Assembly: GCA_023379345.1 (NCBI GenBank)
Contig: JAMCUV010000104.1
Span: 1 to 55,022 of the forward strand
DNA: 55,022 bases
Direction: 5' to 3'
Origin: Thermoplasmatota archaeon
Lineage (GTDB): Archaea > Thermoplasmatota > Thermoplasmata > Thermoplasmatales > Thermoplasmataceae
This document shows positions 1-11,104 of this stretch, piece after piece (the first letter of the stretch is position 1; each line of letters begins with the position of its first letter). The notes under the pieces were generated by a model, which worked only from the letters and a program-made list of their open reading frames with translations, made no database searches and was not told the origin of the DNA. The position numbers were made by a program, and so were the translations under genes.

Positions 1-3
1 AAA

Positions 4-76
4 CGCCCCGAACGGGATTTGAACCCATGTCACGGGCTCGACAGGCCCGTATGATAGGCCGCTACACTATCGGGGC
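4..76 (-). tRNA. tRNA-Asp (anticodon GTC)
   Basis: The reverse complement reads GCCCCGA...TTCAAATCC...TCGGGGC G. It has a 7-bp acceptor stem, the anticodon loop CTGTCGA (GTC) and a canonical T-loop. It closely resembles typical archaeal tRNA-Asp. Confidence 0.9.
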
Positions 77-192
77 GGTTCCAGTGTATCATCGGACTTT
101 ATTAAAAATTATCTCACTTTAAGACCCTACAATGTACGGTGTTGTGTTTGCACGTACGAAACAAATAATACCATTGCTTCAGTAAAGCCCCC

Positions 193-1320
193 ATGAATGC
201 TCTGAAGGCAAATGTCCTATACGATGGAGACAGTGTTAAGAAGAATGTTTACGTGGGGTTTTCAGACAAGATTGAATATGTAGGGAGTGAGAAGCCTGAC
301 GCTGAAATTATGGGCGAAGGAGTTGTCACTCCCGCCTTCATTGATGGCCACAGCCACATCGGAATGGTGAGGTCGGGAGAGCCGTCCGCCGAAGAGGAGT
401 CTAATGAGCACATGGATCCTGTGCTTCCTATGCTCAGAGCCATAGATAGCGTTTATATGGACGACGCGGCCTTTCAGGAATCGGTCGAAAATGGAGTTCT
501 GTATTCCACCGTACTTCCTGGCAGCGGCAACGTACTCGGAGGCATGGGGCAGTTAATCAGGAACTTTGCGACCAATGTCAAGGACGCTCACATAAAGGAC
601 GTGGGCGTCAAGGTGGCATTTGGTTACAACCCGAGAAGCACCGTCGATTGGAAGGGAGACAGACCATACACAAGGATGGGTGCTCTTGCCATCCTCAGGG
701 AGAGACTCATAAAGGCAAGGAAGATCAGGAGCATTATTCAGAGCGGTAAGAAGACCATGGATGAGATCGATCCTGGTGATGAGGTATTTCTTGACATACT
801 GGATGGCAAGCACAAGCTCATGGCACACACGCACAAAGCTGATGACGCCTATGTCCTTATGGATCTGGCCAGAACCTTCGGCATCAGGATAATATTGAAC
901 CATGGACTTGATATCACCGACCTCAGCGTTTTGAAAGACCTGTCTGCACAGAATATACCACTGATTTATGGCCCCATGGACTCTCTGCCTTACAAGGTTG
1001 AGCTCAAGCATGAGACCTGGAGGAATGCCAGGATAGTCATGGACTCAGGCATCAAGTTCGGACTAATGTCGGATCATCCAGTCATTCTTCAACGGAACAT
1101 ATTCCTGACTCTCAGACACTTCCTTCGGTTCGGAATGAGCAAAGAAGAGGCTATATCGCATCTCACCTCAACGACGGCAGAGATCATAGAGGCAGAAAAC
1201 ATAGGGCGCGTGAGGAATGGATACGACGCATCACTGGTGCTATGGAACAAGGATCCATTCGATCTCGAAGCCCATCCCGTGATGGTTTTTGGTGAGGGTA
1301 AAAAGGTGTTTTCAGACTAA
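193..1320 (+). CDS. Metal-dependent amidohydrolase family protein
   Basis: 375-aa ORF with the N-terminal motif PAFIDGHSHIGM (HxH metal ligands) and later His/Asp positions typical of the amidohydrolase superfamily. Substrate unknown. Confidence 0.75.
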   Translation: MNALKANVLYDGDSVKKNVYVGFSDKIEYVGSEKPDAEIMGEGVVTPAFIDGHSHIGMVRSGEPSAEEESNEHMDPVLPMLRAIDSVYMDDAAFQESVENGVLYSTVLPGSGNVLGGMGQLIRNFATNVKDAHIKDVGVKVAFGYNPRSTVDWKGDRPYTRMGALAILRERLIKARKIRSIIQSGKKTMDEIDPGDEVFLDILDGKHKLMAHTHKADDAYVLMDLARTFGIRIILNHGLDITDLSVLKDLSAQNIPLIYGPMDSLPYKVELKHETWRNARIVMDSGIKFGLMSDHPVILQRNIFLTLRHFLRFGMSKEEAISHLTSTTAEIIEAENIGRVRNGYDASLVLWNKDPFDLEAHPVMVFGEGKKVFSD

Positions 1321-1386
1321 AAGCCGCATTGCATTAGTGCAAAGCCATTAGAATGCCCGCACGATTGGGTATGGAGAGCATCTACC

Positions 1387-2397
1387 ATGATTGTGGATGA
1401 GGTTGTGTATGAGCATATCGCAAAGAGGGCTCAAAGCTACGGCATAGGCAATACGCCGCTCAAGAAAGTCTTCACTTCCGATACCGGCTCATCGGTTTAT
1501 GCCAAACTCGAATATTTCAACAGATTCCGATCAATCAAGGACAGAGCAGCCTTCTTCATGATAAGCACTGCCATTGAGACTGGGCAACTCAGCAGGGATA
1601 AGAAAATCATCGAGGGCAGTTCTGGAAATACGGGCATTGCCGTCGCAGGGATAGCCGGCTTGATGTGTTTCAGCTCAGAGATACTGGTCTCGGCTGCCAC
1701 GAGTGAAGAGACAAAGAAAATGATCAGGAGGACAGGAGCAAACCTCATAGAGGTAGAGGATGAAGCAAGCAGGGAAGGCAGGATCAATATCGACGGCGCT
1801 CTTCAGGTCCTGAGAAAGAAGATGTCTGACTTTCCTGATGACTATGTCAATCTGAACCAGTATGCCAACATCGCGAACACAATGGGGCATTACTACACCA
1901 CCGGCCCGGAGATCGTGTCATCTCTTAAGCATAATCCATCACATATAATAGTCTGCATTGGTACAGGAGGTACCATAACCGGGCTGGCAAAATACTTCAA
2001 GGACAAGAGTCCTTCCACCAGGATCATCGCAGGTGAACCTGCAAAAGACCATCACATACAGGGGCTGAAGAATCTATCGGTTTCTGAGACGCCAGAGATA
2101 CTCAGGAAGGGCATGGGGAACATAGATGCATGGGAACATGTCTCTGACAGCGAAGCAAGATCAGGGGTACTGGAAGTCCTGGAGAACGAGAAACTGTTCA
2201 TTGGTCTTTCATCGGGCGCCAACTATATGCTGGCCAGGAAGCTGGCCTCAAGCACCAGAGATGCATGCATTGTCACGGTCTTCCCGGACAGCGCTGAGAA
2301 ATATTACAGCACCTATACCAGGTCTGGGCTCATGACTCAGGAGCAGTTCAGGGAGAATGAGAAGCTAATCCCTCACCCGTGGGCTATTCCCCCCTGA
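1387..2397 (+). CDS. Cysteine synthase family PLP-dependent enzyme (CysK/CysM/O-phosphoserine sulfhydrylase-like)
   Basis: 336 aa. Contains SIKDRAAFFMI (PLP lysine motif) and GSSGNTGIAVA (phosphate-binding loop). Confidence 0.8.
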   Translation: MIVDEVVYEHIAKRAQSYGIGNTPLKKVFTSDTGSSVYAKLEYFNRFRSIKDRAAFFMISTAIETGQLSRDKKIIEGSSGNTGIAVAGIAGLMCFSSEILVSAATSEETKKMIRRTGANLIEVEDEASREGRINIDGALQVLRKKMSDFPDDYVNLNQYANIANTMGHYYTTGPEIVSSLKHNPSHIIVCIGTGGTITGLAKYFKDKSPSTRIIAGEPAKDHHIQGLKNLSVSETPEILRKGMGNIDAWEHVSDSEARSGVLEVLENEKLFIGLSSGANYMLARKLASSTRDACIVTVFPDSAEKYYSTYTRSGLMTQEQFRENEKLIPHPWAIPP

Positions 2398-3130
2398 ATT
2401 CCGGCTTCCTCTTCTCCCGGAATGCCCTTACTCCTTCTGCAGAGTCTGCAGTCTCAAACATTGCAGCAAATTGCTCCTGCTCATATTTCATGAGCGGAGA
2501 TGGTTTTCCTCTCACCAGTTCCTTAATCCTTGCGATGGAAATGGGAGCTTTTTGCGCGAACCCCTTTGCCATTTCCACAGCTTTCGCGAATGGGTCATCC
2601 ACTACACTGCTAACGATGCCGAGGGAGAGTGCCTCCTCTGCACTGACGTATCTTCCGGAACCGGCAATCTCCAAGGCTCTTGTGACTCCGACGATCTCCT
2701 TGAGCCTCTGTGTACCGCCCCATCCAGGAATTATGCCAAGGTTCACTTCGGGAAGGCCCATCTTTGCCTTTGGATCGCAGACACGGAAATCACAGGAAAG
2801 CGCAAGTTCAAATCCTCCACCCAGTGCGTATCCTTTTATGGCCGCTATCACAATCCCCGGGTATGAAGCAATGGCATCCATGACATCATGCCCTCTGAGT
2901 GCAAACTCATAAGCTTTCTGTGGAGTGAGATCAGTGAACTTTGTGATGTTGGCTCCGGCTGAAAATGCCCTGTCGCTCCCCTTCAGGACAATTGCCCGCT
3001 TTTTTGACTCCCTGATTGTTTTCCTCACTTCCTCGAGGGTTTCGACATCAAGAGGGTTGAGTTCGCTTTCCAGTTTAATCGCGACAATACCTATTCCACC
3101 ATCTTCCTCATATTTTACGGATTCGGACAT
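2384..3130 (-). CDS. Enoyl-CoA hydratase/isomerase (crotonase) family protein
   Basis: 248 aa. Has the crotonase signatures AFSAGANI and IAAIKGYALGGGFELALSCD. Confidence 0.85.
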   Translation of the reverse strand: MSESVKYEEDGGIGIVAIKLESELNPLDVETLEEVRKTIRESKKRAIVLKGSDRAFSAGANITKFTDLTPQKAYEFALRGHDVMDAIASYPGIVIAAIKGYALGGGFELALSCDFRVCDPKAKMGLPEVNLGIIPGWGGTQRLKEIVGVTRALEIAGSGRYVSAEEALSLGIVSSVVDDPFAKAVEMAKGFAQKAPISIARIKELVRGKPSPLMKYEQEQFAAMFETADSAEGVRAFREKRKPEFRGE

Positions 3131-3140
3131 CTTTTACACC

Positions 3141-4316
3141 TCATACCAGTTCAAGTGACAGGGAATGTGCGCCTCCACCACCATGGCAGAGAGTGGCAAG
3201 TCCTGTTTTCAACTTTCGGCTGCGAAGAGCGTTCAGCAGTGTGACTATGATCCTGGATCCGCTGTTTCCCAGTGGATGTCCCAGCGCTATTGCACCTCCC
3301 AGTACATTGAATCTGTCGGGATCTATCCCAAGTTGGTCTCTCACTATGATGGAAGCCACGGAAAACGCCTCATTGTGCTCTACCAGATCGAAGTAATCTA
3401 TTTTGTGGCCTGACTTCTCTAGAAGCTTCCTTGTGGATGGGATCGGGGCCTCCACGAAGTCACGTGAATTCAATGAGGCCTGTGCAAAATTTTCTATCCT
3501 GGCGATGGGTTTGAGCCCAAACTCTTTAACTGCCTTCTCGGATGCAATAAGTAGGGCTGAAGCACCGTCAGAAAGCTGAGACGAATTTCCAGCCGTCAGG
3601 ATGCCGTTTCTTTCAAATGCAGGATTCAGCTTTGCCAGATCATCCATGGTGGTCTTCCTGATCCCTTCGTCTTTCTTGAGCGGTTCCAGAGGAGCCAGCT
3701 CTTTAGCGAAAATTCCCTTTTCAGAAGCTTCAAGGGCCAGGCTCTGGCTTCTTACAGAAAATTCATCTGCCGACGCCCGGGATATATTGTACTTCTTCGC
3801 AGTGTTCTCTGCAGAGACTCCCATGTGTTCAAAGTAAAATGCATCCAACAGGCCATCCCTGAGCATCAGATCATCTAGCTTGAAGTTCTTGAACAGCAGT
3901 TGCTTAGGCCCCCATCTCAGGTCAGGAGGGAGGGCGAGAGGTGCGTTGCTCATGCTTTCCATTCCTCCGCCGATTATGAGGTCCCTCTCCCCAAGCCAGA
4001 TTTCCCTGACAGCATTCTCGACAGCAAGCATTCCGGAGGCACAAACAGTGTTGACGGTATACTTGACAGCATCGTCGGGAAGCCCTCCAAGAGTGCTGCT
4101 TTGTCCGGCTGGATTCTGGCCGTTTCCTCCCTGTATGACATTTCCCATAATGACTTCTTCAATGTTCCTGGGATCAACGCCGGATTCCGCGATCACTGCT
4201 CTTATTGCAAAACCGCCGAGCTCCACGGCCCTGAGTTTGCTGAGGCTCCTTCCGAACTTCCCAATGGGGGTCCTCTTTGCACTTATAATGTATGCTGATC
4301 CCATGATATCAATCAC
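3141..4316 (-). CDS. Acetyl-CoA C-acetyltransferase (thiolase)
   Basis: 391 aa. Shows the active-site Cys context VNTVCASGM, plus NEAFS, GHPLG and the C-terminal CHGGG motif. Confidence 0.9.
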   Translation of the reverse strand: MIDIMGSAYIISAKRTPIGKFGRSLSKLRAVELGGFAIRAVIAESGVDPRNIEEVIMGNVIQGGNGQNPAGQSSTLGGLPDDAVKYTVNTVCASGMLAVENAVREIWLGERDLIIGGGMESMSNAPLALPPDLRWGPKQLLFKNFKLDDLMLRDGLLDAFYFEHMGVSAENTAKKYNISRASADEFSVRSQSLALEASEKGIFAKELAPLEPLKKDEGIRKTTMDDLAKLNPAFERNGILTAGNSSQLSDGASALLIASEKAVKEFGLKPIARIENFAQASLNSRDFVEAPIPSTRKLLEKSGHKIDYFDLVEHNEAFSVASIIVRDQLGIDPDRFNVLGGAIALGHPLGNSGSRIIVTLLNALRSRKLKTGLATLCHGGGGAHSLSLELV

Positions 4317-4398
4317 GGATTGAGCTTTGAAATTTATAACTTTGTTGTAAACTGGATTTTATGTGCAAAAATAAACTTTGGATTGGAGATCCAGCAGC

Positions 4399-4626
4399 TT
4401 ATTCAGCGCTGTATGTCTCCATCTCTTTCTTAAGCTTGGTGTCCTTCTTGATTACGTATCTGGTGATGTAACCTGAGATGGCATTGAGAGTCTTCTTCGA
4501 AACCCCAGTTATTCTGGACTTTACGAGTTCCTTGTTCTTATGAAAGTCCTGTGAAAATGACCCGGGATTGCTCTCTACCATGCTTGTTGCAATAGACTTG
4601 ATGTTTGAAGGTCTAATATTACCCAT
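4399..4626 (-). CDS. rps17e: 30S ribosomal protein S17e
   Basis: 75 aa beginning MGNIRPSNIK, with the basic, short S17e-like layout. Confidence 0.8.
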   Translation of the reverse strand: MGNIRPSNIKSIATSMVESNPGSFSQDFHKNKELVKSRITGVSKKTLNAISGYITRYVIKKDTKLKKEMETYSAE

Positions 4627-4709
4627 GCGCTCACTGGTAAATGCCCACGCTATAATAATGTTTTTTGTGAGTCAGGTCGACAGTTCCCGAACAACAATCA
4701 GCAATGTAT

Positions 4710-5168
4710 TCAGGACTTTGTCTCTTCCTCCGACTTGTCTTCAGGACATACAAGAACGGGTATTTCCGACATTTTAATTATGTCTGAACTCACAGAGCCG
4801 AGGATGACCTTGCTGAGGCCACCAAGTTTTCTGGTTCCCGTGATAACAAAATCTGCGCCCTTCTCCTTTGCAGTCTTAACGACGATAAAAGAAACTGGTT
4901 CCCCGCCTGCATCTGCTGACAGGAATTCGACGTTTGAAACTCCGTCTCCAACCATTGCCCTAGCCTGGGAAATGATGCTCTCTGCAGTTTCATCCTGCTT
5001 CTCATAAACGGTGGCTGGAACATATGACTCAAAGGAAGCACCAGATCCGATGATTGTTGGTTTAACGTAGAGGACATAGAGCTTTTCAAGCACGGGGTCA
5101 AGTTTCATTGCAAATTTCAATGCGGTCTTACTGGGGGCAGAGCCGTCAAAGCAAATTATTGCTTTCAT
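4710..5168 (-). CDS. Universal stress protein (UspA family)
   Basis: The sequence MKAIICFDGS...GADFVITGTRKLGGLSKVILGSVS is the classic USP ATP-binding motif. Start moved to the internal Met because the upstream extension looks spurious. Confidence 0.8.
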   Translation of the reverse strand: MKAIICFDGSAPSKTALKFAMKLDPVLEKLYVLYVKPTIIGSGASFESYVPATVYEKQDETAESIISQARAMVGDGVSNVEFLSADAGGEPVSFIVVKTAKEKGADFVITGTRKLGGLSKVILGSVSSDIIKMSEIPVLVCPEDKSEEETKS

Positions 5169-5225
5169 ATCATGAATAAATAGCCACCGGTACAAATAAA
5201 TGTTTGCCTCTCACCATGATCGCCT

Positions 5226-6314
5226 TCAACGGTGCATCCATGAACGCTTCCTGTCGCCCTGTCCCATGAATTCCTCAAGGATCTCCTTCTGCCTGGATGA
5301 GAGTTTCTTGGGCACGTAGAGCTTGATCATTGCGTTTACGTCTCCCCTGTTGTTTGAATTCATATGATAGAAGCCCGCTCCCTTTATCTTGATGATCTCT
5401 CCAGGCTGGGTGCCTGATGGAATCTTAAGAACATACTTATCGCGGAAGATCTGGATTTCTCTCTCGGTCCCGAGGGCGGCTTCCGGAAACGAGATTTCCT
5501 GCTCTATGTAAAGGTCATCCCCGCTTCTTGCAATACCGGGCTCCTCCGTAACGTTTAGAATGACGAAGAGGTCACCGGTTCTCCCATTCTGCGATTGCCC
5601 CTTCCCCTTGTACCTTATCTTTAGGTTATTAGGTGCTCCCTTTGGTACGCTTAATTCAAGTATCTCGGTCTTGGCCAGGCTACCGTATCCCTTACAAACA
5701 CTGCATGGCTCCCTGGGGATCTGTCCCCTTCCGTTGCATTTCCTGCATGTTGTGACAGTAACCATGCGGAAAAATCCCTGTCCCTGAACCACCCTTTCCT
5801 GCCCGGTGCCATTACATGTGGGACATCTGGTCTGAACCCCTCCCTGGGCGCCGGTCCCTTCGCAGGCTTCGCACCGGGTGTTGTGCCTGAACTTTATGTT
5901 CTTGGTTGAGCCGTAGTATATGTCTTCAAGGGACACCTTTACCCTTACTGCAAGGTCAAGGTCAGGTCCCTGATTCCTGAACCCACCGAAGAATGAATCG
6001 CCAAAATTACCACCGAAAATCCTGTCAAATATGTCCTGGAAATCCGAATAGTGTGTGAAATCCTGCCAGTTGAAATCGGTTCTGCCTGAACCGAAATCAA
6101 CACTGCCTGTCCGATCGTAGACCGATCTCTTTTCGGGGTCAGAAAGAACCTCGTATGCTTCGCTTATCTCCTTGAATTTCTCTTCAGCCTGTTTTTTGTC
6201 AGTAGGATTTGCATCTGGATGGTACTTCCTGGCAAGCTGCCTAAAAGACTTCTTTATGTCTTCCTGTGAAGCTTTTTTGTCTACTCCCAGTATCGCGTAG
6301 TAATCCTTGTTCAT
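5226..6314 (-). CDS. dnaJ: Molecular chaperone DnaJ
   Basis: J domain with HPD (KYHPDANP), a G/F-rich linker and four CxxCxGxG zinc repeats ([32 protein letters not shown]). Confidence 0.95.
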   Translation of the reverse strand: MNKDYYAILGVDKKASQEDIKKSFRQLARKYHPDANPTDKKQAEEKFKEISEAYEVLSDPEKRSVYDRTGSVDFGSGRTDFNWQDFTHYSDFQDIFDRIFGGNFGDSFFGGFRNQGPDLDLAVRVKVSLEDIYYGSTKNIKFRHNTRCEACEGTGAQGGVQTRCPTCNGTGQERVVQGQGFFRMVTVTTCRKCNGRGQIPREPCSVCKGYGSLAKTEILELSVPKGAPNNLKIRYKGKGQSQNGRTGDLFVILNVTEEPGIARSGDDLYIEQEISFPEAALGTEREIQIFRDKYVLKIPSGTQPGEIIKIKGAGFYHMNSNNRGDVNAMIKLYVPKKLSSRQKEILEEFMGQGDRKRSWMHR

Positions 6315-6325
6315 TGTCAGATCGG

Positions 6326-8185
6326 TTATTTCGTCTCTTCCGCGTCAACGACATTGTCTTCGTTCCCGCCCTTTGATTGAGATTCGCCGCTTTCCTGACT
6401 GCCTGACTGTGAGGAGTCTGTATTGACGGTTTCCTCAGGAGCCTGCTGGTACATTTTGGCACCTACCTCCTGGATCTCCTTGCTCAGCTTATCCATGCCT
6501 GATTTGATTTTCTCCTGATCCTTTGATTCAATGGCTTCCTTAAGCTCCTTGAGCGAACTCTGAACCTGCTCCTTAGTCTGGCTATCAATCTTATCCCCTG
6601 CATCAGCAATGGTCTTCTCCACCGTGTATACCAGGGAATCTGCTTGGTTGACCAGTTCAACTTCCTCTTTCCTTTTCTTGTCCTCCTCGGAAAACTCTTC
6701 TGCCTGTTTCCTCATCTTTTCGATCTCTTCCTTGGAGAGCTTGTTGCTTGCTGTTATGGAGATGCCCTGCTTCTTTTGGGATCCTTTGTCCACAGCCTCA
6801 ACGTTGAGTATTCCATTCGCGTCTATATCGAAGGATACCTCTATCTGCGGTATGCCTCTGGGCGCGGGAGGTATCCCCACGAGGTTGAACATACCCAGTG
6901 AAACGTTGTCCTTTGCCAGAGGACGTTCCCCCTGGACAATGTGCACAGTAACTGCAGTCTGCATGTCTGCTGCTGTTGTGAACACCTGCGATTTTTTTGT
7001 TGGTATGGTGGTGTTTGCGGGAATGAGAGGGGTAACTATTCCTCCCAAAGTCTCAATTCCAAGGGTGAGGGGAGTGACGTCAAGGAGTACAATATCCTTG
7101 ATTTCTCCAGTCATGATTGCACCCTGCAGCGCAGCCCCGATTGCGACACATTCCATTGGGTCCACGCCCCCCTCCGCTTTTCTCCCGAAATAATCCTCAA
7201 CGAACTTTCTGACATAGGGGATCCTGGTCGGCCCTCCGACAAGAATAATCCTGCTGAGATCCTCCTTCTTCAACTTGCCAGACTCAAGTGCCATATCGAT
7301 GGGTTTTCTTGCCCTCTCAACTATGGGCTTGATTAGATTCTCCAGTTCGGCCCTTGTAATGTTCATCTGAAGGTGCTTGGGCTGTCCGGATACTGAAGTC
7401 ACGAATGGGAGGTTTATTTCTGTGGCCATTGTGGTGGAAAGTTCAATCTTCGCCTTTTCTGCGGCATCCTTGAGCCTGATGTATGCCTGCTTGTCTCCCT
7501 TGAGATCTATGCCTTCCTTTTCCTTGAATTTCTGTGAAATGTAGTTGATCAGAGCCTCGTCCATGTCTGTTCCGCCGAGCTGTGTGTCTCCTGAGGTTGA
7601 AACAACCTCAAACACTCCATCCCCAAAGTCCATGATGGTGACGTCCAGCGTTCCACCACCCAGATCAAAAACCAGAATTTTCTGCGAGGTCCCCTGCTTG
7701 TCTATTCCATATGCAAGGGATGCCGCAGTGGGCTCGTTGATGATTCTTTTAACTTCAAGGCCGGCGATTTGGCCCGCGTCCTTTGTAGCCTGTCTCTGGT
7801 TGTCGTTGAAATATGCAGGAACAGTTATCACAGCCTCTTTAACAGGCTCCCCAAGAAACTGCTCTGCATCCTTCTTTATCTTCTGGAGTATGAAGGCTGA
7901 GATCTGCTGAGGAGTATATTCCTTCCCATAGACCTTAAACTTGAAGTCCGTCCCCATCTTTCTCTTTGCTGCCATTACGGTGCCTTCCGGATTGAGGAGA
8001 GACTGCCTCTTAGCCGGTTCACCAACCAACAGTTGCCCGTCCTTTGTGAACGCCACATAGCTGGGAAAGGCCTTTCCTCCCATAGAAACACCCTCTGCAC
8101 TGGGGATAACTGTAGCCTTTCCTGAAATTACTACTGCAGCCGCTGAATTACTTGTTCCCAAATCAATTCCTATTATCTTAGACAT
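6326..8185 (-). CDS. dnaK: Molecular chaperone DnaK (Hsp70)
   Basis: 619 aa. Contains [19 protein letters not shown] and [11 protein letters not shown]-type motifs. Confidence 0.97.
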   Translation of the reverse strand: MSKIIGIDLGTSNSAAAVVISGKATVIPSAEGVSMGGKAFPSYVAFTKDGQLLVGEPAKRQSLLNPEGTVMAAKRKMGTDFKFKVYGKEYTPQQISAFILQKIKKDAEQFLGEPVKEAVITVPAYFNDNQRQATKDAGQIAGLEVKRIINEPTAASLAYGIDKQGTSQKILVFDLGGGTLDVTIMDFGDGVFEVVSTSGDTQLGGTDMDEALINYISQKFKEKEGIDLKGDKQAYIRLKDAAEKAKIELSTTMATEINLPFVTSVSGQPKHLQMNITRAELENLIKPIVERARKPIDMALESGKLKKEDLSRIILVGGPTRIPYVRKFVEDYFGRKAEGGVDPMECVAIGAALQGAIMTGEIKDIVLLDVTPLTLGIETLGGIVTPLIPANTTIPTKKSQVFTTAADMQTAVTVHIVQGERPLAKDNVSLGMFNLVGIPPAPRGIPQIEVSFDIDANGILNVEAVDKGSQKKQGISITASNKLSKEEIEKMRKQAEEFSEEDKKRKEEVELVNQADSLVYTVEKTIADAGDKIDSQTKEQVQSSLKELKEAIESKDQEKIKSGMDKLSKEIQEVGAKMYQQAPEETVNTDSSQSGSQESGESQSKGGNEDNVVDAEETK

Positions 8186-8191
8186 TTTCCA

Positions 8192-8758
8192 TCACTTTTT
8201 AGATACTATTACCTTAGACGACCTTAACACCTCATTATTGAGCAGGTATCCTTTCTGGATTTCTTCCTCAATAATTCCGTCTTCGCCATTTTCGGATATC
8301 CCAACAACCTCATGGAGATAAGGATCATATTTCTTTCCCTTTGCCTCTATTGTCTTGAACCCAAATTGGGACAGGGCCTTCAATATCTGTTCCCTGAGGG
8401 AGGAGAGGCCCGGTACGTCCTCTCTGGAAATTGCGGAATCCAGAGAGTCGAAAACGGGAAGCAATGAGCTTATTACGTCTTTGCTAGCAAATTTCTTGAT
8501 GGTTGCCGCTTCCCTCTCTTTTGCCCTGAGAAGGTTATCCAACTCAGCCAGCTGGCGAAGAAGTTTATCCCGTTCTGAAGAAGACCGTTCCTTCAGTCTT
8601 GCCATTTCCAGTCTGAGCATAGCGTTTTCCCTTTCTTTCCTCCTGGAAGCTAAAACCCTGGCCAGTTCCATGTCGGTCTCGTAGTTTTTGTAGCGTTGTC
8701 TCTCTGTGCCAGAAGGGTAGGCCATCGTGTGTAAATTTATCCTTCTATATAAACCCAT
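8192..8758 (-). CDS. grpE: Nucleotide exchange factor GrpE
   Basis: Coiled-coil N-terminal region followed by a GrpE C-terminal beta domain (YDPYLHEVVG...LRSSKVIV). It lies directly upstream of dnaK. The start may instead be the Met at 8725. Confidence 0.85.
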   Translation of the reverse strand: MGLYRRINLHTMAYPSGTERQRYKNYETDMELARVLASRRKERENAMLRLEMARLKERSSSERDKLLRQLAELDNLLRAKEREAATIKKFASKDVISSLLPVFDSLDSAISREDVPGLSSLREQILKALSQFGFKTIEAKGKKYDPYLHEVVGISENGEDGIIEEEIQKGYLLNNEVLRSSKVIVSKK

Positions 8759-8909
8759 CTAGTCTGGAGGCTTTGCACTCAAGGTCCATGTTGGACCTAG
8801 ATTGATTCAAAGACGCCTCTCAAGCGCAAGACCTGGTCCCTCCACCTGCAGGTTTCCAATGGGGAGGGTAAGGTTCAGAGCCGGCAAATCTCCATGGGTG
8901 CCCCCACCT

Positions 8910-10475
8910 CTATATGATCTGGGGCACCACAATCTGCCATATTATGAGAAAAACCATAAAGAGCCCTAGGAAGTACATTATTCTGTTTACGTTTTCCTCC
9001 TTGGCTAGGAAAGAGAATACCTTCCTCCTGGAGGCAATCATTAGAGTGTCCCGCGTAAATTGTCCTCCATCGAATATGAAAATCGGAAGGGCATTTGTAA
9101 GACCCAGCAGGAAATTCATCCAGAACAGCCAGAAAACCATGTCTGTGATTATCCAGAATATGGATGGAGCTGGAACCGTGAAGAGCGAAGAAACGCTGCT
9201 GGGAACTGGAGTTAAACCGAGAAACGGCAGGGCAACGGTCTCTATCACGCCTCTGGTAGTAAAAGTAAGTGCAGAAGCGCCGAATATAGTGCTCTTCAGC
9301 TCATTCATACCTATTCCTGTAAGACCGATATAGGCGGGCACGAATCCCATGAAGCTCTGGTTTTCAAATACCTGACTGTTCTGGGCAGGGGCGTACTGAT
9401 TGTAGAACGAGTACTTAGATACCGTCGTTACATTGTAGTACTTGTAAACCTCAACGGGAGACGCTCCGGAATAGTTGAAATCTATCATTACCACCGGAAT
9501 TGTTGTTCCTGGCGCAGTGGAATTGAGTACCTGATCGACCTGGCTGTATCTCTCTATCATGGTGCCGTTGATTGAGTAAAAGATCTGACCGGGTTGCAAT
9601 CCGGCTTTCTCGGCAGGAAAGCCTGGATACGTCGAATAGACATATATGCCACTAGGAATGGAAACGTGGGTTATCACAGAACCTGTCGCAAACGTTGCTT
9701 TAAGAATGGTCCCTGGTGGCGCTGACGGACCGTATCCAAGCTGGTCAATCGATGCACCTGAATAATTGCCGTAAGAGATCAGCTCGCTGCCCTGGCCTAT
9801 TCCGAAACTGCCAAGATAATTATTCGGAGGCTCACTGAGTATGTACACTCCGTCATGGACTGGGCTCGCTGCCGGCATCATGACTCCAACAAGCAGAACG
9901 AAGAAGATAATCGCCAGGATGAGATTTGTTGCAGGCCCTGCTGCGAAGACCCTCCTCCTTATTACCGGGTCAGCCTTGGAAATTTCTTCCTGATCGGGCT
10001 CTACAAAAGCACCTATGGGTATGACGAGAAATAGGGCCCCGACAGAATTTACCCTTATGCCGTTTTTCCTTGCAATGACTCCGTGCATTATCTCATGGAT
10101 GACAACTGAGAACACCAGTGCAAAGGTTCCATAGAACACAGGAATGAAAGGATTGATACCTGGAAGTATAAGAAATGAGGATACTGACGGAGCCGAAGTG
10201 GCCTTTATCTGGAGGGAAAGGTATGCTTCAAACAGCAGAAATGCCACTCCCATGAGAAGAAAAGCCATGGTGGCCACCACCACAGCTCTAGAAGTGAGTT
10301 CCCGGGGGAAAATCTTCGCAAGCTTGTCAAGCCAGCCACGGTTCTTGAGCGCCTTGACCATTATGGCCGGTCCGTAGAAAGATATGTGCCGGCTCTTCCT
10401 GATTTGTGGAGTCAGTATCACCAGAAGAACAATCCAGAGAACAACAGCCAGAAGGATGATTTCCAGGCCACTCAT
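8910..10475 (-). CDS. M50 family site-2 protease with PDZ-like insert
   Basis: Polytopic membrane protein with the HEIMHG zinc motif and the distal NALPIFIFDGG (NxxPxxxxDG) motif. A large extracytoplasmic insert sits between them. Confidence 0.85.
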   Translation of the reverse strand: MSGLEIILLAVVLWIVLLVILTPQIRKSRHISFYGPAIMVKALKNRGWLDKLAKIFPRELTSRAVVVATMAFLLMGVAFLLFEAYLSLQIKATSAPSVSSFLILPGINPFIPVFYGTFALVFSVVIHEIMHGVIARKNGIRVNSVGALFLVIPIGAFVEPDQEEISKADPVIRRRVFAAGPATNLILAIIFFVLLVGVMMPAASPVHDGVYILSEPPNNYLGSFGIGQGSELISYGNYSGASIDQLGYGPSAPPGTILKATFATGSVITHVSIPSGIYVYSTYPGFPAEKAGLQPGQIFYSINGTMIERYSQVDQVLNSTAPGTTIPVVMIDFNYSGASPVEVYKYYNVTTVSKYSFYNQYAPAQNSQVFENQSFMGFVPAYIGLTGIGMNELKSTIFGASALTFTTRGVIETVALPFLGLTPVPSSVSSLFTVPAPSIFWIITDMVFWLFWMNFLLGLTNALPIFIFDGGQFTRDTLMIASRRKVFSFLAKEENVNRIMYFLGLFMVFLIIWQIVVPQII

Positions 10476-10780
10476 TATGGCGGGTAATTGCCTGGCTCAA
10501 TTAATATACTTATGATTCAAAAACGTGATCGGTAGGTTGCAAGAAGTCCCATATACAAACACTACTCAACGGAGTGTTGCTGGTTAACCAATCAAGTCGC
10601 AATGGCCAGGAAATGTTAATTCTATCCGTGAAGACCTCTTTGATTCCCGCCTTGACCTGTTTTATGCAGGGGACTTCTTTAGAACAACTCAACTTTGAAC
10701 CGTAGACATCGGCTAAAACGCGTTTTTGCATACAAGATCTAGAAAGCTGACCTAATAAGTTCGAAGGAAAATTCAGGAAA

Positions 10781-11104
10781 ATGCTTAAAGAAATGCCTAT
10801 TAGAGCGGGAATACATAAAAAAATGATTAAATATGGAATAGTGCTCACAGTCTTTATGAGCCATGACCGAAAGGTTGTGATTTACCTCCTTGTGATGTCG
10901 ATCATTGTGGGTGTCGTCTTTTACTTCATCTTCGAATACCAGTTCACAGTGTTCTTTGCGAGCCAAAATGCAGCGCAGAGCACGCCCGGCATGGCGGCAT
11001 TCCTTGCCACGGGCATGGCTGCCGGGGCGTTTACCATTTCAATGCTCATTTATCCATTGAAGAGTAAAATCGACAAGAGCTACGACTGGGAGGATTTCAA
11101 ATGA
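10781..11104 (+). CDS. Small membrane protein, first gene of the oxidase operon
   Basis: 107-aa ORF with 2-3 hydrophobic helices. Its stop overlaps the start of oxidase subunit II (ATGA). No family recognised and the start is uncertain. Confidence 0.45.
   Translation: MLKEMPIRAGIHKKMIKYGIVLTVFMSHDRKVVIYLLVMSIIVGVVFYFIFEYQFTVFFASQNAAQSTPGMAAFLATGMAAGAFTISMLIYPLKSKIDKSYDWEDFK

Noticed and set aside
6609-7910. Long plus-strand ORFs (194, 131 and 121 aa) antisense to dnaK. Similar antisense ORFs lie within the thiolase gene (3880-4323), purL (28345-28980), rpiA (40863-41392), the NFACT gene (22744-23460) and the enoyl-CoA hydratase gene (2379-2912).
   Set aside because: These are shadow ORFs opposite strongly supported genes. 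They have low-complexity Ser/Pro/Leu-rich translations and no family resemblance.
10510-10966. Minus-strand ORFs of 112 and 75 aa upstream of the oxidase operon
   Set aside because: They have no family resemblance and odd composition, and they overlap each other and the operon's first gene. More likely this is a non-coding promoter region.
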